Origin: the human T2T-CHM13v2.0 reference genome, Homo sapiens | NCBI RefSeq assembly: GCF_009914755.1 | Contig: NC_060930.1 | Reading direction: 5' to 3' (one strand) | DNA length: 64,000 nucleotides | Shown: positions 55,163 to 64,000 of the stretch, piece by piece | Layout: each line of letters opens with the position of its first letter | Position numbering within the stretch: the stretch's first letter is position 1 | Notes under the pieces: model-generated | Databases searched by the model: none | What the model was told of the DNA's origin: nothing | What the model saw: only the letters and a program-made list of their open reading frames with translations | Position numbers and translations under genes: made by a program

Positions 55163-55503
55163 CTTTCACCATTTATAAATTGCACATTATATGTTATTAT
55201 AAATTGCACATGTTATATGTTATGCATTGCATATGTTGTATGTTATAAATCGCACTGTTGTATGTTATAAATTGCACGTTATATGTTATAAATTGCACAT
55301 GTTATATGTTATGCATTGCATATGTTGTATGTTATAAATCGCACATATATGTTATAAATTGCACCTGTATGTTATAAATTGCACATATTGTATGTTATAA
55401 ATTATACATGTTATATGTTATACACATGTTATAAATTGCACGTTTTATGTTATTGCACAACTCTCTTATGAGTGCCCCTTTCACCGTTTATAAATTGCAC
55501 ATG
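55163..55503. repeat. AT-rich minisatellite, ~21-24-bp unit (TTATAAATTGCACATGTTATATG), ~13 copies
   Basis: Read directly from sequence. Confidence 0.92.
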
Positions 55504-57515
55504 TGACTTTCTACCTCCCTTGCCTCATGAATCTGTTATTAGGCTACCTGGGAGTGCTTTAAAATGCTCTGAGCTCATTCGAGAAAACAAATTTTCTGTT
55601 TTCCTATTTTACAAATTGTTGTGGGTCTGATAAGAACAAATGCATTCCCTTATGCCTCTGCACTCAATATGAATCTTACAACACTGGCATTAACAAGATC
55701 TTTGAAGTAGCCATCAGCCTCAATAGCATGCTAAAGACACTTCTGGTTTCATGGAATATACCGCATTGCAAGCTAGAGAAATAAATGCTGGAATCTATTT
55801 TTTGAGGAGAGAAAAATCTATCAGTAGCACCGAGAGATGTTCATGATGACATTACTCTTAAGATCATTGCCTCTCTACAACCTGCTAAGTGCTACGGAAG
55901 ATAGCATGGGCTAATTTTGAGTGTGATGGCCTCAGCTCTTTTCCTGCATCTGCTGGCAGGGCTGTCGTCAGTCCTACTGGCTGCTTCTGGAAGACACAGC
56001 TTACCCCCAGCAACATGTCCAATCCTAACTCCTCCCATTGCTGTTCCCCTCTCAGGGCTTGTGTGAGTTTGTTGTCTGCACCCCACAAATGCCATCAGCT
56101 GCATTTCCAAAGCCCCTGCTGGGCCTTTCTGGGTTAAGCTCCTGCACACAATGGAAACATGCAGAGACTTCAGGAACAGAGAGTCCACTCAAATACAAGC
56201 TTTGCTGTTGCCCTCTCACAAAAAACATTGACCGTCTTTGAATGTCCTCTAGAAAATGGGGCTCTGCAGGGCAAGGTTTAGAGACTACCCTGAATTTAGG
56301 ACAGAAAAAAGCATCTTATGAGAATAGGTTCTGGCTAGTACACTCTGCCCTCTTTACACCAAAGCCCTTCATTCCATTTTTATTTCTTGCTACCCACAAC
56401 CAATTATTAATAGTTAAAAATCTCTCCTCATGTCCTTTCACAGTGTTTTACTATTTGCTAGTGTTTGACAACCTGCAGATGTCATCAGGAATTACCACAT
56501 CTTCTATTACAGATCAACCTGGCTCTGAACAAGGGGCCAGGCATCACTGTACAATTACACTGAACTATTGTGACCGGTATGAGGAATCAGCATTTGTGTG
56601 TGTGTGCTTAAGACTGATGTATAGCACACAAAACACCTAAAGGGGCAGAAATACATGTCCATAGAAGTAATAAATAGGACACACAGGGTGTGTGTGTGTT
56701 GCACTTCTTTCTTCAGTGTTCTCAAGGAATAGCGATGACACTAAAAACTTATTGTGCGAAATATTTGAATTAATACTTATCTGTTAGTGTAAATGAACAT
56801 TAACAGTTTCTTACCTGTATATAGAGTTTCACAGGTTACAAAACATCCCAACACCCCTGTCAACCAAATGAGTAGAGAATAACTGATTATGCAATGATTT
56901 TTAACAATGACCTGCCACTATTTACTCAGTCTTAGATACTCAACAAACATTCTAAGTCATTACCACTATTGAATCTCTGTCGCTCTATTCCAGAAGCTTG
57001 TTGGGCAGACTTTCAAAGTTTCCAGTTGTCTTATGATTGTAGAGCCTGCATTTCCAATAATGCTGGAATCAGTTTAGAATTAAGCCCTGGTTGGTGTGTG
57101 TCTTCTAATACAGGATGAGGAGAGCCATTTAGTCCCTGGCAGGACCTGCCCAAGTGTCAGATTTTCCACTTGCTCATTTGTTTGGGCCCTGAGTATGCTC
57201 CATGGTTGCCAGCTGGGGATGAGGTGCTCATCACTGGAGGTGTTCAAGGGTAGGTATGTAACACTTGTGTAGATGTTAAGGGGAAGTGTGAAAGGTTGTA
57301 CTAGGAAACTGTGGTTGAGCTTGGCTCATTGCTGTTTTCTCTTCTTATTGGGCATCAACTAGATCACCCTTCCCAAACTCCCTTGCAGTTTTAAACTCTT
57401 ATTTTGTGAAATCACTGAGCTTTCTGTATTTACTTGTTTTAGCAGCTAGCAGTTACCTCAGCTAATACAGTAACCTTTAGCATTCCATCCAATCAGAGTC
57501 TAGGGTCATAAATCT

Positions 57516-57810
<295 letters not shown>

Positions 57811-57998
57811 TGATAAATCTTGACAGACAAGACTCAGTTATGATTTCTTTTGACTTTCTCCCCACTTATAGTTGATTCTTCTTATGTCTTCTCTCCTCTC
57901 TCCACAGGGTATCTATTTACCCATTTTTATAGGGTCTCAGATTCACTCATGGACAGGGAGGTGGCTAATGGTGGGTTTAGCCTATCCAATTACCCAGC

Positions 57999-58044
57999 TA
58001 TATTAGTCAGAGAGTCAAAGTTCTTCAGAGAAACAGAACCAATA

Positions 58045-58108
<64 letters not shown>

Positions 58109-58995
58109 GAGATTTATCATGGGAATTGCCTCATGGGACCGTGGAAGCTAAGAAGTTCCATGATGTGCTATCTGCAAGCTGGAGAACCAGAAAAGCCAGT
58201 GGGGGTACTTCAGTCTCAGTCTGTAAGTCTGAGAACCAGGGAAGCTGGTGATGTAAGTCCTTGTATTTGTCTGTTTTCATGCTGCTGATAAAGACATACC
58301 TGAGACTGGGTAAATTATAAAAAAAAAAAAAAGAGGTTTAATGGACTCACAGTTCCACGTGGCTGGGGAGACCTCACAATCATGGCAGAAGGTGAAAGAC
58401 GTGTTTAACATGGCAGCAGGCAAGAGAGAGAATGAGAGCAAAGTGAAAGCAGAAACCTCTTATAAAACCATGAGATCTCATGAGATTTATTCACTACCAT
58501 GAGAATGGTATGGGGGAAACCACCCCCCATGATTCAGTTATCTCCCACTGGGTCCCTCCCACAACATGTGGCAATTATGGGAGCTACAATTCAAGATGAG
58601 ATTTGGGTGGGGACACAGCCAAAGCATATCAGTCCTGGTCCAAGTCCAAAGAGCTGAGAAACAGGAGTGGTGTGGGAGCCTGCTAGTGTAAGTCTCAGAT
58701 AGACTCTGAAGGCCTGAGAACCAGGAGTGCCAGTGTCGGAGGACAGGAGAAGATGGATGTCCCAGCTCAAAAGGAGAAAGTGAGTTAGCCTCTCCTCTGT
58801 CTTTTTGTTCTATGCAGGCCATCAAAGGATTGGATAATGCCCTTCCACACTGAGGAGGGTGATCTTCTTTACTCAATCTGCTGATTCAAATGCTAGTCTC
58901 TGCTGGAAACCCTCACAGTCATACCCAGAAAGAATGTTTGACCAGCTATCTGGGCATCCCTTAGCCCAATCAAGTTGACACATTAAATTAGCCAT
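57999..58995 (-). mobile_element. MLT2B-like ERVL LTR with (CA)n(GA)n at 58048-58109, split by a THE1 LTR
   Basis: ttcttcagagaaacagaaccaatagga...tctgcaagctggagaaccag...cccaatcaagttgacacattaaattagcca. Confidence 0.85.
58262..58631 (-). mobile_element. THE1 (B/C-like) solo LTR
   Basis: TG...CA termini with a 5-bp TSD GTCCT. Confidence 0.93.
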
Positions 58996-59830
58996 TGGAC
59001 CAGTTTGAAAGCACGCATTATTTACCGGTCATGCATTCAGCCTGCTGTGGTTTGCTGCATGAGTCCAGGGGGTAGGCTGGGTACACAGGACAAATCCCAA
59101 CCTGGGAACAAGGGTGACATAGCCTTAGGACATGGTGATTACAGATGGAGTTTGACAGAGCAGACTCCAGGGCCCAAATTGGAGACTGGGCAGGGATGGT
59201 GGAATCATTGGAACATGGTGCCTGCTGGAAGAGTTGCCTGCAAGAGGTGCCAAGCCCTGATTTCCCAACAACACCACTAAGCTGAGTTCCACTTCCCTAC
59301 ACTGCTGTAGGGAAGTACTTCATCTACTGCTGTAGAAGCCAAGCAAGCAAGTGCTAAATGGCTCTTGCATTCCTTCTGTTGTTTCCAAGGGGGTCCCTAA
59401 TACACTGCACAATCGTTAAGTAATTAATAGAAGCAGAGAGTTCAGAACGACGGAGAAGGAATTTAATGAAATTTGTTTTTAAGGGTAACGAATTATTGAT
59501 AATCCAAAGGTGTTGGCTCTAGTTAGCATAAACCTCTTCCTGGGAAATTAGGTGTTCTTTTTAGAGTAAATTTGAATTGGGCTATCTCTCAAAGGGAAAA
59601 TCATTCTAAGAGTGCATCTTCCCAAAAATTCTGGTTTTGCTTTTAAACCTTTGAAAAATTATTATTGTTATCATCCTCTTCCTCATCTTCATCATTGGAT
59701 CTAGAATCTGAATAAAGGTCAGAATTCTGGTTCAAGAGATTAAAGCTTTTAACCAATATATTGGCCATTTTTGTTAATGTATATAATGGAGTATGATGAA
59801 TGGGTCTGCTCTGCCTCCCATCAGAAGGCA

Positions 59831-59846
59831 GGTGGTGGTGGTGGTG

Positions 59847-59881
<35 letters not shown>

Positions 59882-59900
59882 GTGTGTGTGTGAGAGAGAG
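59831..59900. repeat. (GGT)n(GT)n(GA)n microsatellite
   Basis: Read directly from sequence. Confidence 0.9.
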
Positions 59901-60291
59901 GTTTCATCAGACTTTTAAGATAAAACCATTTTTATCACATTATATTTGTCAATTACTCTTGACCCAACCAATTCACAATCGTATTCTAATAAACAAATAT
60001 GAATAATACTGAAGTGCTTTATTTAAATGGAAATTTTGCATAATTTGAATGTATTTATTTACCTATAGCCTTTTAATAAAGTACTTCTTATGTAGAATTA
60101 GATTACTTTAATAAGCATTGAAGGTGAGGCAATTATTCAGCCCTGACATATAGTACTTGAGGGTTTTTTCTCTTCTTTTACTCAACTCTTTGATATTGCA
60201 TAAGCTATTCACAAATATCAGTTGCTGTTGACATCCACACCAACAAATAAATTTAGCACAATACACCAGAGGCTAGAAAGTAAAGCTTTAA

Positions 60292-60816
<525 letters not shown>

Positions 60817-61501
60817 TAAATGGCCCAATACATACCTGCCCTGCTGAAACCAGTGAGGAACATCAATAAATGTGACACAATGATTAGTTTAAAATTTAAA
60901 AGCCCTAGTTCCAGCAAAGTTATGAGAAGGTGTGATTTCCTCCCTCTTTCTTTTTGAATTCTTCTCTTCACTCAAGGAATTCTCCTGCCCTGCGTTAGGA
61001 GCCAGATGCTGTCCTGCTGCTTCTTCATTTCCCAGAATGTGAGGGGCCCTGTTCATGTTGGCAGCCCCTCCCAACCTCACATGCCCCACACCGGGATCTA
61101 AGCTCACCCACTGGGACTCCCAGCCTTCTCTCTCCACTTTCCAACACGATGAGAATTTCCAAGTTCCAGATGTAGTACCAAATGCATTCCATTTAATCCC
61201 AAGACCATCCTTTGCAGCAGGTGTTAGTATCCCTACTGTGTATGTACAGAAACTGAGATGAGAAAGGCCAATGACTTAGCCAAGGAATGCACGCATGGGA
61301 GAGGCCAATCCTCTCCTTTCCTCTTTTCTTAAGGGAGGTTTCCTGGAAATATCTACTTCTTTGGTTTGCTTGTTTGTTCCCAGAATCCTTTGTTATTTAG
61401 ACCTAGCCTGTTACCAATCCCTGTCCATTCTTCCTTTGGACTGTCTGGTCCCACAGACAGTCAACCTCACTTCTGCATTTTTTCCTCCACCTATTTGCCA
61501 C

Positions 61502-61877
61502 TATCTTAGTCCATTTTGTGCTGCTATAATAAACCATCACAGACTGGCTAATTTATAAAGAACAGAAATTTATGTACCCACAGTTCTCAAGGATGGGATA
61601 AATCCAAGATCAAGGTGTTGATATCTGGTGGGGACCATTTTGCTGTGTCCTCACATAGTGGAAGGTGGAAGGGTAAGAGGTGACGAATGTTGTGTCCTCA
61701 CATGGTAGAAGAGTGAGAGAGTGAGCCCACTCCTCCAAGCTCTTTTTATAGCAGCATTGATCCAGTCATGAGGGTGGAGCCCTCGCAACCTCCATTGGGC
61801 CCCACCTCCTGACACTGTTGCATTGGGGATTAAGTTTCCAACACATAAACTTTGGGGAACACATTCAGACCATGTCA
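61502..61877 (-). mobile_element. MLT1A-like LTR
   Basis: tcttagtccattttgtgctgctataa...ggggaacacattcagaccat. Confidence 0.82.
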
Positions 61878-62275
61878 GCCACTCACTCCAGTCCATTCCC
61901 CAAGCTCCTCCCAGGCTCATCATTCTCAAACGCATCACTGTGCTGGCTCTCAGGCTCGGAGTCAGCAGGATCAGAAACATCTCCTGAGAGCCAGTGACGG
62001 ATGGACGGGTGGCTGGGACGCTGGATGAAGAAGATCTCCATGACTGTGGTTCTTGCTCTTCCTCCATTCCTCTGCTCTCTCTCCTCCTCTCCTTTTCTCA
62101 TCCCTCCCACTCTTCTTCATTTTCCTGAGATTATTAGATAGACCAGGAACAAAACAGCTCTGGCACCTGTTGCTCTCCTAGTCCAGCACCTCCACTCCAG
62201 CCTTTAGCACACACATCCACACCTCCACTTGCCTGGCCCCTTTACCACATCATCTGGATTTCTCTACCTGGCCGT

Positions 62276-62925
62276 GTCATTCAGGGTCCAATCAGGGAAC
62301 AGAAACCACACAGTAATTTGAATGTGGGATGTTTAATATAAAGATTACTTAACTGTAACAGTGAAGTGATAAGAAGATGTAAAGAAAACTCTGAAGGTGA
62401 CCCTGAGGCTGATGGAGAGCATCTGGGGAAGGACAAGTTTAAAGAAGACCCCTCTTCAAGGCTGAGATCCGGAATCCGGACTGCATCAGAGGTGTGGTTG
62501 TAGCCCACTGAGTGGCAGAAAGGTTCCCTGGGTTGCCCATGGTTACTGGACAAGGAGAAATCAACAGTCTTGGGTAGAGGCTAAGGCTGGTGCAAGAGTG
62601 CATGGAGGGCTGCAGGCGTCAGGGGCCTGCTCTCCAGCAGGGTAGTGAAGACTGGGGCATGCCAGGCCTGCATTAGGAACATCGTGGTGAGGTGGTCACC
62701 ATGGGTGGCCAAGAGGTGGGGCTGGGCCATGAGCCTGAAGACTGCACACTCGGCACATGGCTGGGGCAGTGATAAGAGCCATACAGCTGGAGGCAGGAGA
62801 AGACAGTAGCAAGCCAGACCCAGGAGGAGAAGCCCCTTCCTCCTGCATAGACTCAGAGCACGCTACTGACAAAGCTGAATATTGTGTTTGGTGCAAAGGA
62901 GAAACGCCCGAACTCTTGTCACAGA
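62276..62925. mobile_element. Ancient LTR-like remnant (family uncertain)
   Basis: tgtcattcagggtccaatcagggaacagaaaccacacagtaattt...actgacaaagctgaatattgtg resembles old mammalian LTRs. Confidence 0.4.
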
Positions 62926-63289
62926 GCAGATTTGGGGCCGAGAGGCAAGGGATCAACGGATTGCTAGCTGGACACCAGCCTTTCCCTGCGTCCCCAGTCC
63001 GGCTCACCCCACTTCCCGGATTCTGTTTTTCAGCACTCGCCCTCTGGCCTGTCAGTCTGGCTGCTTCGGCCGGCTCCCTCCAGGCTCTGCTCATTCTATT
63101 AAGGAATTCTATTCACTTCCATTAAAGAAAGCATTCTTCCTTCTGTCTTCTTGATCAAACACTACCCATTCTGCAGGCCCAGCGCAGGGCCCAGGCAGGT
63201 ATCTGTGAACCGCCTCCTATTCAGTCTTCTGTTGCAGTTCAGCCAGCTCTGTGACAGTGAATTCTTGTCACTTCTTGAGTGTCTCCTTA

Positions 63290-63395
63290 ATTAGATTGTA
63301 GCTTCCTTGAGAACAAGGACTGTGTCTCTTTCCCTCTGTTTTCCTATATGCCTGGAATAATGCCTTAGTCGATATTATAATGTGATTGATTGATG
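63290..63395 (+). mobile_element. L2 3' end fragment
   Basis: ttagattgtagcttccttgagaacaaggactgtgtct...gcctggaataatgcctt. Confidence 0.65.
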
Positions 63396-64000
63396 GCGTG
63401 TGAATTTCAGGGTTAGGGGAGCTAGTTGGGAAATGTTTAGAGATATCTGGAAAGAAATTCAGTGGCTACTCCTTTCTCCACGTATACCCTAGACCCCAGT
63501 GCTCACTGGAGACTGAGAGCCTCCCTGACACAGAGGACTGTTTATATCCTTTCTGGTGCTATGAAATAGTGTGATTGCAACAGCACTGATTAATAGTGTG
63601 GAGTTCCCCTCCTGTAACTCTGTGTACTGGTGAAGGAGATGTAAAAATGTTAGGAGCAAACGAAAATGATTTTGACTGCTCTGACCTGAGTCTGGTTGGG
63701 GGAAAAATATCTTCCTCCCTCATCACTTTTAAAAAGCAGAGTTCCTTTCATAATAGAGACTTATTTCTTGTGATGAAATACTAGAGATCATAAGGAAGTA
63801 GAGAAAGAAAATGACCCGAGTGCTTTATAAGGGACAGTTTATTGGATCAATGCCTCTTTGTCTTATTAATCTGTGTTTTCCCAAATAGCCTGTGATTCTT
63901 GAATCACTGTGATCTCAGTCTCAATAGCCAGAAGTAGTATATATTAAAAGCTTTGGCCTGGGCAACGAGTCACTTGTTTAACAAACAAGACTCCTCTACT

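Overview
Primate (almost certainly human) genomic DNA carrying the 3' part of RNF182 (+ strand). It includes intron sequence, a 155-nt 5'UTR exon (20660-20814) and the terminal exon (from 23359) with the whole 247-aa RING/transmembrane E3 ligase CDS (23570-24313) and a ~2.1-2.5 kb 3'UTR. About 37 kb of repeat-rich intergenic DNA follows. Roughly half the window is interspersed repeat: Alu/FLAM, L1, L2, MIR, MaLR LTRs including a full-length THE1, a solo LTR12, a MER4-group LTR and hAT MERs. All other ORFs in the track are repeat-derived or chance ORFs. The most interesting signals are: (1) a spliced, acidic 47-aa uORF (65 aa if a candidate upstream exon is included) invisible to genomic ORF scans; (2) a head-to-tail chain of uORFs covering most of the RNF182 leader; (3) a THE1 3' LTR with intact DUX4-type motif, TATA and splice donors just upstream of the 5'UTR exon; (4) a tailless 5S rRNA retrocopy with target-site microhomology; (5) a sharply bounded hyper-diverged block inside the LTR12, which may be an assembly artefact. 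I cannot establish a wholly new biological system; the uORF/leader architecture is the best candidate. Repeat subfamily names come from recalled consensus sequences, and boundaries without a TSD are approximate.
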